A stretch of DNA of 64,000 bases from assembly GCA_028280605.1 (NCBI GenBank), contig JANQLL010000205.1:12725-76724 (forward strand), read 5' to 3'. This stretch comes from Candidatus Gastranaerophilales bacterium (GTDB lineage Bacteria > Cyanobacteriota > Vampirovibrionia > Gastranaerophilales > JANQFW01). Below are positions 1-9,915 of this stretch, one piece after another (within the stretch, counting starts at the first letter, position 1; every line of letters starts with the position of its first letter). Under the pieces are notes generated by a model. That model saw only the letters and a list, made by a program, of their open reading frames with translations. It was not told the origin of the DNA and made no database searches. Made by a program: the position numbers and the translations under genes.

Positions 1-306
1 ACTTGCAATATGAAGACAAATGTCTTTTACAAGCTGCTCAAAGTCTTCTGTTTTTGCAACGAAGTCAGTTTCGCAGTTAAGTTCAAGAAGAACACCGATT
101 TTACCATTATGAATGTATGAGCCGACTCTACCTTCAGCAGCAGTTCTACTCATTTTCTTTTCTGCTGATGCCATACCTTTTTGTCTTAAGAATTCAGCAG
201 CTTTTTCTATGTCACCGCCAACTTCTACTAATGCTTTTTTAGCATCCATAAAGCCAGCACCAGTTTTATCTCTTAATTCTTTTACTTGTGTTGCACTAAT
301 TGACAT
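1..306 (-). CDS. tsf: Elongation factor Ts, N-terminal part (gene runs off the window start)
   Basis: Manual reverse translation from the ATG at 306..304 gives [44 protein letters not shown], the EF-Ts N-terminus. GGGAGG lies about 10 nt upstream. It sits directly downstream of rpsB, as in the conserved rpsB-tsf operon. Confidence 0.9.
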   Translation of the reverse strand, partial: MSISATQVKELRDKTGAGFMDAKKALVEVGGDIEKAAEFLRQKGMASAEKKMSRTAAEGRVGSYIHNGKIGVLLELNCETDFVAKTEDFEQLVKDICLHIAS

Positions 307-325
307 TTTTATACTACCTCCCAAT

Positions 326-1180
326 TTATTCGCCCTGATTTTCGATATTTTCTGAAGATACTGCTACTTCTACAGTTTGTTCTTGAATTTCAACTTCTGT
401 AATTTCGACTGTTAGCTCTTCAGAAGAAACGCCTGCATCTTCAGGTCTGATTTCTTCTAATTTTTCAGGCAAGTTAGCAGATTTTCCTTCACTTTCTTTT
501 CTGGATTTACCTTCAAGAATAGCATCAGATATTTTGCTTGTTAAAAGCTTAATAGATCTGATAGCATCATCGTTACCCGGAATTACATAATCTATGTTTT
601 CAGGATTACAATTGGTATCAACAATTGCCACAATTGGAATACCAAGTTTGTTAGCTTCTTTTATTGCATTTAACTCACGTTTCTGATCTATTACAAATAA
701 TAAATCAGGCATTCCTCTCATTTCTTTGATACCGCCGAGAGACTTTGTTAATTTGTTTAACTGTCTTGTTAACGATGCGACTTCTTTTTTCGGCAAACGG
801 TCCATTGTACCGCTTTCTTTAAGATCTTCAAGCTCTCTTAGTTTATTAATACTTGTTCTAATCGTATCAAAATTTGTAAGAGTACCACCTAACCATCTTC
901 TGTTAACGTAAAAAGCTCCACATCGTTTTGCTTCTTCTGCAACAATATCACTGGCTTGTTTTTTAGTGCCGACAAATACGATGTTTTTGCCTTTGGCGGC
1001 ATAGTCTCTAACTAATTCATAAGCATCATCAAGAAGCTCGGTTGTTTTTTGTAAGTTAATGATATAGATACCATTTCTTTCACAAAAAATAAAAGGACCC
1101 ATTTTTGGATTCCAACGACCTGTTCGATGACCAAAATGAACTCCAGCTTCTAGTAATTCAATCATTGAAGCAACTGGCAT
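326..1180 (-). CDS. rpsB: 30S ribosomal protein S2 (uS2) with acidic C-terminal extension
   Basis: 284-aa ORF with [15 protein letters not shown] and IVDTNCNP motifs typical of S2. Confidence 0.95.
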   Translation of the reverse strand: MPVASMIELLEAGVHFGHRTGRWNPKMGPFIFCERNGIYIINLQKTTELLDDAYELVRDYAAKGKNIVFVGTKKQASDIVAEEAKRCGAFYVNRRWLGGTLTNFDTIRTSINKLRELEDLKESGTMDRLPKKEVASLTRQLNKLTKSLGGIKEMRGMPDLLFVIDQKRELNAIKEANKLGIPIVAIVDTNCNPENIDYVIPGNDDAIRSIKLLTSKISDAILEGKSRKESEGKSANLPEKLEEIRPEDAGVSSEELTVEITEVEIQEQTVEVAVSSENIENQGE

Positions 1181-1349
1181 AATTTTACTTTACTCCTTTA
1201 ATTTGTTTAATAATTAATTAACCAAGTTTATTACTATTTAAATTTAGCACAAAAATAAATAGAAACAAGCACATTAGGATAGTTTAATCTTTTTTTCAAG
1301 CTCATTAAAGAAAAAATTAAACTATAAATATGAAATTCATTCATTAACA

Positions 1350-1376
1350 TTAAGTTTTATAAAATATTTCCGATAT
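1350..1376 (+). promoter_or_regulatory. Sigma-28 (FliA)-type promoter candidate
   Basis: tTAAGTTT-N11-tCCGATAt, compared with the enterobacterial sigma-28 consensus TAAAGTTT-N11-GCCGATAA. It lies about 225 nt upstream of ORF 1600..1833. Confidence 0.5.
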
Positions 1377-1458
1377 AATTAATACAAAGCTTAAACAATC
1401 TTAACATTGTTTTAATTAAAACATGCCTTATCAGAGAAAATTATTAAAATTATTTATT

Positions 1459-1527
1459 ATACTGCTCATCAGTTAAGTTTCAGATTACTCTTAGGTATAA
1501 GCCTATAAATTATTTTGAGTAAGTATA
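1459..1527 (+). repeat. Dispersed TTTCAGATTA hairpin element, degenerate copy a
   Basis: tatactgctcatcagttaagtttcagattactctt matches the left end of the best copies (48412.., 63811..). The right half is decayed. It lies inside the putative 5' UTR of ORF 1600. Confidence 0.6.
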
Positions 1528-1599
1528 AATACCCCTCATAAACAAGGATGGGAAGAATATTAAACTAGGTTTCAGATATAAAATAAGGGGGTTTATGAA

Positions 1600-1833
1600 A
1601 TGCAATTAGTAAATATGGTAAATAGCTTTATAAAATCAGCTAATGTTAAACATTCTGCACCCAAACAAGATGTTTCTTCTACCGGCAATAATCCATTTGC
1701 CGACCCGCTAATCAAGTCTCAAAACAGTCCTCAATATTATGCACAAAACAGACCTGTAACAGGTGGATTTTTTGCAGGCTATCATAATGGTCAAGCAAAT
1801 TATGTTGGAAGAAAACTTTTTATAGAAGTTTAA
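1600..1833 (+). CDS. Hypothetical small protein (77 aa)
   Basis: AAGGGGG SD 8 nt upstream of the ATG, with a sigma-28-like promoter upstream. I recognise no family. Confidence 0.5.
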   Translation: MQLVNMVNSFIKSANVKHSAPKQDVSSTGNNPFADPLIKSQNSPQYYAQNRPVTGGFFAGYHNGQANYVGRKLFIEV

Positions 1834-3191
1834 AGCTCAGCTAAGAAGTCATCTACCCATTTAAATATATTATTTACTTTGACCTGATCTCTAAGCTTTT
1901 CCATGATTTTTTCTTTTTCTTCATCATTATTATTAAAAGCTCTATATATAGCTTCTGAAATAGACCGTACGTCATAAGGATTGACACTATAACCTGTGTC
2001 AAGCTCTTCAGCCGCACCGGCAAATTCACTTAAAATAAGCATTCCATCATTATTTACTCGAGAAGCGACATATTCTTTCGCTACCAGGTTTAAGCCGTCT
2101 CGCAAGGCAGAAATCAACATAAAATCAGAGCAATAATAATAAGCTACCAAATCTTTTATATTAACAGAATTATATATGTAAGAAATAGGATTCCAGCCGT
2201 CTCGTGCAAATTTGCCGTTAATTCGTCCTACAGTCTCATCAAGCTCTTTTTTCATCTTTTTATATTCTAAAATATTAGTCCTAGTTGGAACTGCTATTTG
2301 TATAAAGCTAAATTCACCTATATATTCGGGATTATTATCCAAGAAAAACTCAATACCTTCGAGTTTTTCAACAATACCTTTTGTATAATCAAGCCGATCA
2401 ACTCCAAGACCGATAACCTTTGTATTTATAGTATTTCTTAGCTCAAAAGCTTTTTCTATAACTTTGCTGGACCTTGCTGTCTTGTCAAACATATTAAAAT
2501 CAATACTAATAGGTAAGCTTATAGCTTTTACTTTTGTATTTTTATATTCTATTGTACTTTGATCATCAATATTAGCATCACTTAGGTAGTGTTCTACGCA
2601 TTCCAAAAAATGTTTTTTATAACTTTCAGTATGGAAACCTACTAAATCACAATGCATTAAACCTTCCAAGATTTCTTTTCTTCTCGGAATAACTCTGAAA
2701 TTTTCTATATTAGGAAACGGTATATGCAAGAAAAATCCTATTTTATTTTTAACACCAAGTTCTCTCAACATTTGAGGAACTAGCATTAAATGATAATCTT
2801 GGATCCAAATTTTATCGTCTTTTTTAACTATCTCTGCTATTTGATTCGCAAATTTCTGATTAACCTGTTTGTAAAATTCCCAATCTCGCTCTTCCAGCTT
2901 GTATTTAGCAAGGAAGTAATGAAATAATGGCCAAATTTGTCTATTGCAGAAGCCTTCATAGTAGTGAGTATTTTCTTTTGGGGTTAATTTTATTTGTTCT
3001 ATATCATATGGAGTTTCTAATCCATGTTTTTCAAATTGCAATGTCCCTGAGCATACCCAAATACCCTTTGTTTTTTTCATTACAGGATCAAGTGCTGTTA
3101 CCAATCCCCCGGGAGATCTTTCTACTTTTGCTTGTCCATCTCGTTTTCTTATATGATATGGAGCTCGATTTGCTGCTATTATTAATCTCAT
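1830..3191 (-). CDS. otsA: Trehalose-6-phosphate synthase (GT20)
   Basis: RLIIAANRAPY, GGLVTAL, WIQDYHLMLVP and GFFLHIPFP motifs characteristic of OtsA. Confidence 0.9.
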   Translation of the reverse strand: MRLIIAANRAPYHIRKRDGQAKVERSPGGLVTALDPVMKKTKGIWVCSGTLQFEKHGLETPYDIEQIKLTPKENTHYYEGFCNRQIWPLFHYFLAKYKLEERDWEFYKQVNQKFANQIAEIVKKDDKIWIQDYHLMLVPQMLRELGVKNKIGFFLHIPFPNIENFRVIPRRKEILEGLMHCDLVGFHTESYKKHFLECVEHYLSDANIDDQSTIEYKNTKVKAISLPISIDFNMFDKTARSSKVIEKAFELRNTINTKVIGLGVDRLDYTKGIVEKLEGIEFFLDNNPEYIGEFSFIQIAVPTRTNILEYKKMKKELDETVGRINGKFARDGWNPISYIYNSVNIKDLVAYYYCSDFMLISALRDGLNLVAKEYVASRVNNDGMLILSEFAGAAEELDTGYSVNPYDVRSISEAIYRAFNNNDEEKEKIMEKLRDQVKVNNIFKWVDDFLAEL

Positions 3192-3534
3192 AACGTATTC
3201 TTTTCCTTATATCTATATGAAGATAGCACAAATTTTAAGAAATATCAAACATGACATATATAAAATATCTTATTTTTATCTATTTTAAACATATTGAAAA
3301 AATAAGAAAATATATTGTATTCTCGTCCTATAAAAGGCTAAATAGACATATTAATTTTTATTAAACCTCCTGCATTAATATATAAATAATAAAATTTCTA
3401 TTTCTATAATCATATCTACCCCTTTATACTTAAATTTATTTTTCTATCTAAATAATAAATTTAATAAATTAATATTGTATATTATGTATTTTAGAGTTAA
3501 AATAATAAAAAAAAGCTTTTTTTAAGGATAGGTA

Positions 3535-4164
3535 ATGGAAAAAATTAAACAACAAATTGTAGAAACAGGAAAACAACTCGCTGATAAGGGTTATTCACCG
3601 GGATACTCTGGAAATATTAGTATTAAACGCAATGATAAAATTTTTATGACACCTTCAGGGTTTCCTCTTGGAGAAATGAAAGCAGAAGATATTGTTGTTA
3701 TAAATAATGCTTTTGAAGTTATAGACGGCAAGCATAAGCCTTCTTCCGAGACAAAAATGCATTTGAATATTTATAATTTAAGAACAGATATTAATTCAAT
3801 CATACACTGTCATGCCCCTAAAAGTTCAGCTTTTGCAGTGGCAGGCATACCATTATCAGCTCCGATATTAGCGGAAAATATTTTTAGCCTAGGTGAAATA
3901 CCTATTGCAAAATATTATCTACCCTCTACAAGTGAGCTTGCAGACGAAGTTTCAAATTATTTTAAAAATCATGATGTTGTGCTAATGGCAAATCATGGAG
4001 TGGTTTTGGGCGCACATGATATAAAAAGTGCTTTTTATAAAATGGATACTGTCGAGTATTTTGCTGAAGTTTATTTAAATGCAAAACTACTAGGCAAAAT
4101 GAATGAATTATCTAGTGAGCAAGTTGAAGAAATAATCGAATTAAGAAAAAACTTTTCTAAATAA
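3535..4164 (+). CDS. Class II aldolase/adducin family protein (fuculose-phosphate aldolase / MtnB-like)
   Basis: 209 aa with GNISIK, HCHAP and ANHGVV motifs of the class II aldolase fold. AAGGA SD upstream. Confidence 0.75.
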   Translation: MEKIKQQIVETGKQLADKGYSPGYSGNISIKRNDKIFMTPSGFPLGEMKAEDIVVINNAFEVIDGKHKPSSETKMHLNIYNLRTDINSIIHCHAPKSSAFAVAGIPLSAPILAENIFSLGEIPIAKYYLPSTSELADEVSNYFKNHDVVLMANHGVVLGAHDIKSAFYKMDTVEYFAEVYLNAKLLGKMNELSSEQVEEIIELRKNFSK

Positions 4165-4350
4165 TTTGTTTTTTTATTGAAATCGAACAAAAAATTATTA
4201 TTATAAATAGTGAGAAGAATTTTAGTCAGATTAAGCTTAAGGACTTTTTGAAAAAGAGTACTTTTATTTTAATTTGATTATATTTTGTATGCCTAATCTA
4301 ATGAAAATATTAAAAAATATTAAAATGATTTAATCAATAGCACAAACCAT

Positions 4351-4378
4351 TAAAGAATCTTTTCAACATAACCGATAT
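4351..4378 (+). promoter_or_regulatory. Sigma-28 (FliA)-type promoter candidate
   Basis: TAAAGaaT-N12-aCCGATAt, 45 nt upstream of the ATG at 4423. Confidence 0.5.
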
Positions 4379-4422
4379 AATAAATTAAGAGGTAGAGATA
4401 TGATAACTACGGAGGCAAAGCC

Positions 4423-4800
4423 ATGGGTTTAGCTGCGAGTCAAGGACGTTTTTTGCAATTAACAGCAAGAAAAAGTGATCTTGAATTTAGCGGTCAAAAT
4501 ATTAACCAAAGAAGAATGGCACTTACATACAGAGCTGAAGCTATAAACACACAGCTTTATGAAAAGCAAATGGCTTTATATAATTCGGCTGAAATAGGCG
4601 ACTCTCCGTTCGTTGATATCACTACACCTGAAATAGAAGCTTTATTAAGCCAGATAAATATATTTCATGATATGGACAGACAATTAGAAATTGAATTAAA
4701 AAACATTGATACTCAACAACAAGCAGTACAAACAGAAATTGATGCTGTAAACAAAGTAATTGATAAAAACATTGATATGACTTTCAAAACATTCGCATAA
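4423..4800 (+). CDS. Hypothetical coiled-coil protein, paralog of 6487..6822
   Basis: 125 aa with a GGAGG SD. It has an N-terminal MGLAASQGRFLQLTARKSDLEF motif and heptad-like C-terminal half. It shares the MGL..Q.R...L architecture with ORF 6487. Confidence 0.65.
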   Translation: MGLAASQGRFLQLTARKSDLEFSGQNINQRRMALTYRAEAINTQLYEKQMALYNSAEIGDSPFVDITTPEIEALLSQINIFHDMDRQLEIELKNIDTQQQAVQTEIDAVNKVIDKNIDMTFKTFA

Positions 4801-4845
4801 ATAACAAAACTAGGGTTTAGAATTGAGAAGAGGGAATTAGGAAAA

Positions 4846-5721
4846 ATGGCATATAAATACGATCACTTGATAGTAATCGCAAATAAGTATGGATTGGCCG
4901 GTCTTAACGCTAAAGGTGAATTGTTTGAAACATACGATAAACTAAGAGATTTGACAGCTGGTGGTGCAGCAATTGCAGGATCAGGCTTTGGTGGTGCCTC
5001 TCAATTTCTAATTAATTTAGCACAAATGATGGCTCCTTCTTCTTTCATGCCGATTTTGGGAGCCAATCAAACATTAAATATTCCAGGAACCTCTTATTAT
5101 TCTCCTGCTTTAACAGGTGGTGTTTCAATGGCACCTTTAAGCAATTCTTCTTTTGGGCTATCAGAGTTATCAAAACATCCAAGCTTTCCTACTGGCAAAG
5201 CGGCTAATGTTGTTCCAATGGCAGTTGGTGCATTGGGAGGATCTCTTTTATATGGCATTGGAAGTCAATTATCAGATTTATCAAATGATGATTATACGAT
5301 TGATGGCAGTCTGACCGGTCAAGCAGCTGCTATTGTTAGTAGTGATACTTTAGCTAACATAGCAGGAATGGGAACAGGTTTAGCTACAACAAAAAAAGGT
5401 GCTCGATCTTTTTTATTACCTACAGCCGGTATTATAGCAGGTGTTGGTAGTATGATTGCATCTGTAGCACCATATTTTGGTCCGTTTGGTATAATTGGCG
5501 GACTTGCAGGTAATATGCTAAACGGCTATGGTGGTGCAACACTAAGGGCTTATCAACAGGCAACCGGCAGAATTATAAATAATGCTGATGCTATCTTAAC
5601 AGCAAAAATTAAAAATATTGAAACAACAGTTAAACAGCTTGATGTACAGGGCAATATTGTAAGAAAAATGCTTAAAGAATCTATTGATGGAGATTCCAAG
5701 GCAATGCAATCAATGTTATAA
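4846..5721 (+). CDS. Hypothetical Gly/Ala-rich protein with glycine-zipper-like hydrophobic segments
   Basis: 291 aa with a GGGAATTAGGA SD region. Segments such as AGIIAGVGSMIASVAPYFGPFGIIGGLAG resemble glycine zippers. It starts 45 nt after ORF 4423, so it is probably co-transcribed. Confidence 0.6.
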   Translation: MAYKYDHLIVIANKYGLAGLNAKGELFETYDKLRDLTAGGAAIAGSGFGGASQFLINLAQMMAPSSFMPILGANQTLNIPGTSYYSPALTGGVSMAPLSNSSFGLSELSKHPSFPTGKAANVVPMAVGALGGSLLYGIGSQLSDLSNDDYTIDGSLTGQAAAIVSSDTLANIAGMGTGLATTKKGARSFLLPTAGIIAGVGSMIASVAPYFGPFGIIGGLAGNMLNGYGGATLRAYQQATGRIINNADAILTAKIKNIETTVKQLDVQGNIVRKMLKESIDGDSKAMQSML

Positions 5722-6154
5722 TCTTATAGAGTCAATTGGAGATAATATAACATGAAGCCTAGTCTCAGACTTTATATACGTTCATTGCAAACTATTTTAT
5801 TTTTTAATAATCCTTTTATAAAAATAATTATTCTACTTTTTAAAATATGTCATGACTCTTTTTATTTTAAAAGTAAGTCATATAAAATTAGAAAAAATAT
5901 ATATGAAAATACTAAAAAAATGGAAAAGGCAAAAAAAATGCTAAATAAGCCATATAAAGATCGTAGTACGATTAATTTTTTAAGATAAAGCTCTCTATCT
6001 TGTTAAATTTTTAATTTAATCTTAAAAAAAATAATATTAAGCTTGTAAAGTTATTTATTGGTCTTTGTAAATTTCAACTATTAATTTGTTTTTATATAAT
6101 TAGAAGTAGTAATATGATTATGTGTAATCACGTTGTCGTTCAGGAGAAAAGTAA

Positions 6155-6442
6155 ATGAGTATAGCTCACGTAGTAATAGATGCAGCAAAAATGAATGTAT
6201 ACAATACTCTTTCTTTTATAACAATGACTATTAGATACTTTAAAAAGACAAGACCTTTTGAAAGTATGATATATAATATGATAATGAGCATTCAACAATT
6301 TATAAATATGAGACAAGAATCCAAAATGGCTAAGTATAGAATGAATCATTTGATGTACAGATTAAATCAAATGGAAGAAGTCATAGAGGGCAATAATCCG
6401 CATAATTTTCTGGGAGGATTTAACATCAACAGACTTCAATAA
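6155..6442 (+). CDS. Hypothetical protein (95 aa)
   Basis: AGGAGA SD 8 nt upstream, and it immediately precedes ORF 6487. An AT-rich antisense ORF overlaps it, so coding status is uncertain. Confidence 0.35.
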   Translation: MSIAHVVIDAAKMNVYNTLSFITMTIRYFKKTRPFESMIYNMIMSIQQFINMRQESKMAKYRMNHLMYRLNQMEEVIEGNNPHNFLGGFNINRLQ

Positions 6443-6486
6443 ATAAATTAAAAATATAAAATATTTTTTAATAAGGGGAGGATAAA

Positions 6487-6822
6487 ATGGGATTATTAAC
6501 AGGTCAGGATCGGCTAATATATTTAAAGCTGTACAAGAATCAACTGGAATATAAAATTCAGCTAATTACGCAGACTCAATTACAGTTATCTCAAAACGTA
6601 ATGGAGTTTGAGACTTTGGTTGGTAGTGAACTGGAAGTTGATTCGCCAGAGGTAAAACTATTGATGGCAAAACAACAGAAGTTAAAACAAATTGAGAAGA
6701 AGCTAGATGTCGCAGTAACAAGATATCAAAACTCATTGAAAGCTGTAAATCAAGAGATCGAATCAGCTCAACGACTTGTAGATCACGAAATAAAACAGTC
6801 GTTTAGCTATCAAGTAGGCTAA
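6487..6822 (+). CDS. Hypothetical coiled-coil protein, paralog of 4423..4800
   Basis: 111 aa with a GGGGAGG SD. It has an N-terminal MGLLTGQDRLIYLKLYKNQLEY motif and a coiled-coil-like remainder. Confidence 0.6.
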   Translation: MGLLTGQDRLIYLKLYKNQLEYKIQLITQTQLQLSQNVMEFETLVGSELEVDSPEVKLLMAKQQKLKQIEKKLDVAVTRYQNSLKAVNQEIESAQRLVDHEIKQSFSYQVG

Positions 6823-7001
6823 TAAATAATTAAATTAATTTGTAATAATCCTGTTTGTTAATAAAATTTGACAATCCTTATTTTGCTGAAAATTATTAAT
6901 GAAAACACTTTCATTATAAGTAACAAAGAGAAAATATTTACGTCTAAAATATTAAGTTAGTAAAAATTGGGTATTTTATTATGAGAGGCATAAAATTATA
7001 A

Positions 7002-7617
7002 GAATATGAAGAAATAACCATAGTTGCACTGCGTAAATATCATCCTATAGCTAAAGTTAGAGAAAGAGCCCACGCAATAGAACTTTTAAATATGGGAATA
7101 AAAAGAATAGAAGTAGCTAAAACTTTGAAAAGAAGGAAAGATACAATATCTAAATGGACAGTAAGCTATAATGAATATGGAATAGCAGGACTTTTTGATG
7201 AAAAAAGATCTGGCAGACCAAGAGAGGTTACGGATGAAATAAAGGATAAAATTGTAGAAATAGCTGAATCAAAAGAAACTTGTACCAAAAATTCAATCAA
7301 AACAGCTATAGAAGAAGAATTTCGTGTTAAGTTTCATATTGATACCGTCAGGTATCATTTAAAAAAAAAGAAGGTTATGTCTACAAAAGAACCCGAAAAA
7401 GCCTAAAATATAAAAGAAATGAAACTCTTTTTAATAAAGCGAAAGAAGAAGGTATATTTTTATATTTTATACCACCTTATAGTCCTGAATTAAATCTTAT
7501 AAGAGAATAAATGGCATACATTAAAATATCACTCTATGCCCAAAAGGAATTTTGACAATTTAAATGACTTAGAATCAGCTATAAACCAAGGTATCACATA
7601 CTTGAATCATAAGACGT
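7002..7617 (+). pseudogene. Decayed IS630-family transposase (HTH part intact, catalytic core deleted, C-terminal fragments in other frames)
   Basis: The frame opens after a stop at 6999 with no in-frame ATG until 7092. The sequence LFDEKRSGRPRE is typical of the IS630 N-terminal HTH. Downstream frames carry a broken FIPPYSPELNLI block, matching the IS630 LPPYSPELNPIE motif. Confidence 0.75.
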
Positions 7618-7644
7618 AAAAAATTTTTCTCATAGACTTAATAA

Positions 7645-8118
7645 ATGTCAATTCAAGATAACAACATTGAATTAGGAGCGCATATGAATAATAATTTAGG
7701 ATGGTTTAAATTATTTTTATTTTTGGCATTTATCTTTACAACAACTATGTTTAATATACGCTTTGCCAAGCAAAAAGTTTATTATAGATCAAATAATCGA
7801 ATACATGGAACAGCATTTGTTAAAAAAATCATAACTGGTAATATTATTAGGATTTATCGGATAGGTTCAAGACGCTTTTTAAATAATACTACAAGAACTT
7901 ATAATTATTTAAAAAAAAATATTTGTTTTGTTGTTAAAGAAGAAGATAATAAGCATCATATCTATCACGATAAATTCAAAGCAGCAGAAGAATATGCTAA
8001 AGATAACAAACTTGGTATTTGGGGGAAAATAGCTAGCAATAAAAACCATTCTTCTCCAAGATATTGTCAAAACTTTTATGAATTTATAAAAATTAAAACA
8101 AGCAACAAGCAAGACTAG
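7645..8118 (+). pseudogene. Possible degraded thermonuclease (SNase-like) gene
   Basis: Only the C-terminal AEEYAKDNKLGIWG resembles the SNase ...A...AK..K.GLW end. The rest is low complexity and no catalytic residues are recognisable. Confidence 0.25.
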
Positions 8119-8359
8119 TCATCTTTTTGTTTGTTAATAAATTTTAACAATACTATTTTTTATTAAAAGCCAATCATAACAAGCTTTTTTATTAAAAACT
8201 TTTTAAAAATTAAGGGTCTAATCCAACCGGATGATGCTTCTGTCATTAAAATAAATAAAAATACTTATACAAGGTTAGTTAACTCGGCATTTAAATTTAG
8301 TTTATTAGGTTATGTACTAGCTCAGTTGATGAGCAGTATAAAATATTAAGGGGTTGGAT

Positions 8360-8518
8360 ATGAAGAAAATGACTGATACAAATTTAGACACAGAAATGTC
8401 TATGTTGGATGAAATCTTAAGTATATGTAAGAATCAGCATCCTGTTATGATCTGGTGGTTTGCTGCAGTTTCTTTAAGTATGTTTTCTATTTACTATCTT
8501 TTATTAACAAAATTATAA
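8360..8518 (+). CDS. Small tail-anchored membrane protein candidate (52 aa, below the ORF-track cutoff)
   Basis: AAGGGG SD 7 nt upstream of the ATG at 8360. Translation is MKKMTDTNLDTEMSMLDEILSICKNQHPVMIWWFAAVSLSMFSIYYLLLTKL, with one C-terminal TM helix. Confidence 0.35.
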   Translation: MKKMTDTNLDTEMSMLDEILSICKNQHPVMIWWFAAVSLSMFSIYYLLLTKL

Positions 8519-8527
8519 TTATACGAA

Positions 8528-8616
8528 CTCAAAAATACTTTTTAGATTATTCAAGCGTGTCAAAGGTAATAAAATAGTCTAGACTCTGAAAAGAGTAATA
8601 TTAAATTTAATTTTGA
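8528..8616 (-). repeat. Dispersed TTTCAGATTA hairpin element, copy b (reverse orientation)
   Basis: ctcaaaaatactttttagattattc...ctctgaaaagagtaatattaaatttaatt aligns with copies c, d and g. Confidence 0.75.
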
Positions 8617-8801
8617 ACCAGAATAAAAATAAAGCTTTATTATTTAAATAATAAGGCTTTTTAGCTCTAATTCTATAAAATAGGGGAATTTAAAATTTTA
8701 TAATTTTATATAAACTATCCTGTATACTCCCTCTAAAATATTTTTCAGGTTATTAAATCGATATTTATTTTAGGGTCGGTATAAGAATGCAGGAGTTTTT
8801 T

Positions 8802-9866
8802 ATGCTTAAATATATAAATTTAATATTTGTATTCATAAAAAAATATAAAAAAGTAATCTTAATGATCCCTGTTGCTTTTTTAGGGCTAATGATTATTTTA
8901 TATATTTTCAAATATGTACTAAAGCCTACAATTATTCTAGAATTCAAAGACTCTCAAATTGTCCCGAAAGGCACAATTGTGGAGTTTAAAGGACATAAAA
9001 TCAGTAAAATATTTAAAATAAAACTTAGCGATGATCTAAAAAAGACGTATGCTTATTTTAGGCTAAAATCTATGTTTATGAAGTTGCCGAGAAATATTAT
9101 AGCAATATTAAAAATCAACAAAAACACAGGTAAAGAGTTTATTCAGTTAAGTCTGCCAGAAAAACCATCTAAAAAAAAGTTAAGGCATAATATTGTAATT
9201 CAAGCAGAAGCCGCACCGAGCCTTGAAGCTTTTATAGAAGAACAATTGGAAAAAGGCACACTCGACACGGTTAGTGGTGACTTTACAGAGACTATGACAA
9301 ATATTAATAAAACTACCAGAAAAGTTGAACAGGCTGTAGATCAGATAAATTCTATAATCAAAGAAAATCGTAAGAATATAAATATAACAATAAGTGCTTT
9401 AACCAGGACTGCTCAAAATATAGAAAAAGTATCTAAAAATATTGATTCTATTACTAAAGATAAAAAGCTCAAAGACAATATAATAGATATCACTACAAAT
9501 GTTGAGTCATTTACTGAGAATATTGATCAAATAACTATGAATGTCGATAAACTAACCGCCTCTAAAGAATTGGCTATGACTATGAAAAACTTAGATGATA
9601 CTATGGAAAGCTTAAAATACACGTCTATTAATTTAAGAAATATAACCAGGAATGTTGATTGTGCCACCAAAAATTTGCATGTTACTTTTGGCAAGGTAAA
9701 TACCCTGCTAGATAACGCAAATATAACTACTAAAAATCTGTATTGCCTGAGTAATGGAGCTCAAATTATGCTAAGCAAGCGTTTTATACTAATGAGAATG
9801 TTATTTGGCAAGCCTGGTAGAGTATTTGAGGAGCAAAGACAGCATTGTATTTGTCCACCATACTAA
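8802..9866 (+). CDS. MlaD/Mce-domain-like membrane protein with C-terminal coiled-coil repeats
   Basis: AGGAG SD favours the ATG at 8802. An N-terminal TM helix is followed by a beta-rich segment (PTIILEFKDSQIVPKGTIVEFKG) and repeated helical NI..I motifs, as seen in MlaD-family proteins. Confidence 0.5.
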   Translation: MLKYINLIFVFIKKYKKVILMIPVAFLGLMIILYIFKYVLKPTIILEFKDSQIVPKGTIVEFKGHKISKIFKIKLSDDLKKTYAYFRLKSMFMKLPRNIIAILKINKNTGKEFIQLSLPEKPSKKKLRHNIVIQAEAAPSLEAFIEEQLEKGTLDTVSGDFTETMTNINKTTRKVEQAVDQINSIIKENRKNINITISALTRTAQNIEKVSKNIDSITKDKKLKDNIIDITTNVESFTENIDQITMNVDKLTASKELAMTMKNLDDTMESLKYTSINLRNITRNVDCATKNLHVTFGKVNTLLDNANITTKNLYCLSNGAQIMLSKRFILMRMLFGKPGRVFEEQRQHCICPPY

Positions 9867-9915
9867 AGCTAAAATTCTGAAGGCTAGCGAGTCGATAAAG
9901 CCAGTCTTACTTTAT

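Noticed and set aside
113-355. ORF-track entries lying antisense to or out of frame within well-supported genes. Examples are 113..355, 726..911, 2927..3193, 11833..12255, 20983..21423, 26095..26493, 26735..27148, 28364..28714, 40217..40447, 46000..46419, 50951..51196, 54982..55257, 56183..56707, 57964..58275, 60545..60934 and 61883..62290.
   Set aside because: Each overlaps a CDS with clear family motifs on the other strand or frame. They lack SD sequences and have low-complexity translations typical of shadow ORFs.
5752-5988. 78-aa ORF in the AT-rich spacer after ORF 4846.
   Set aside because: The translation is low complexity (I/K/F/N-rich). It has no SD, no conserved motif and no partner structure, so it is probably a chance ORF.
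7855-7870. TCCGATAA on the minus strand as a fifth sigma-28 promoter.
   Set aside because: The upstream -35 region (AAAAAGCG) does not match TAAAGTTT. The site lies inside the decayed ORF 7645..8118 and points into the IS remnant, with no downstream gene.
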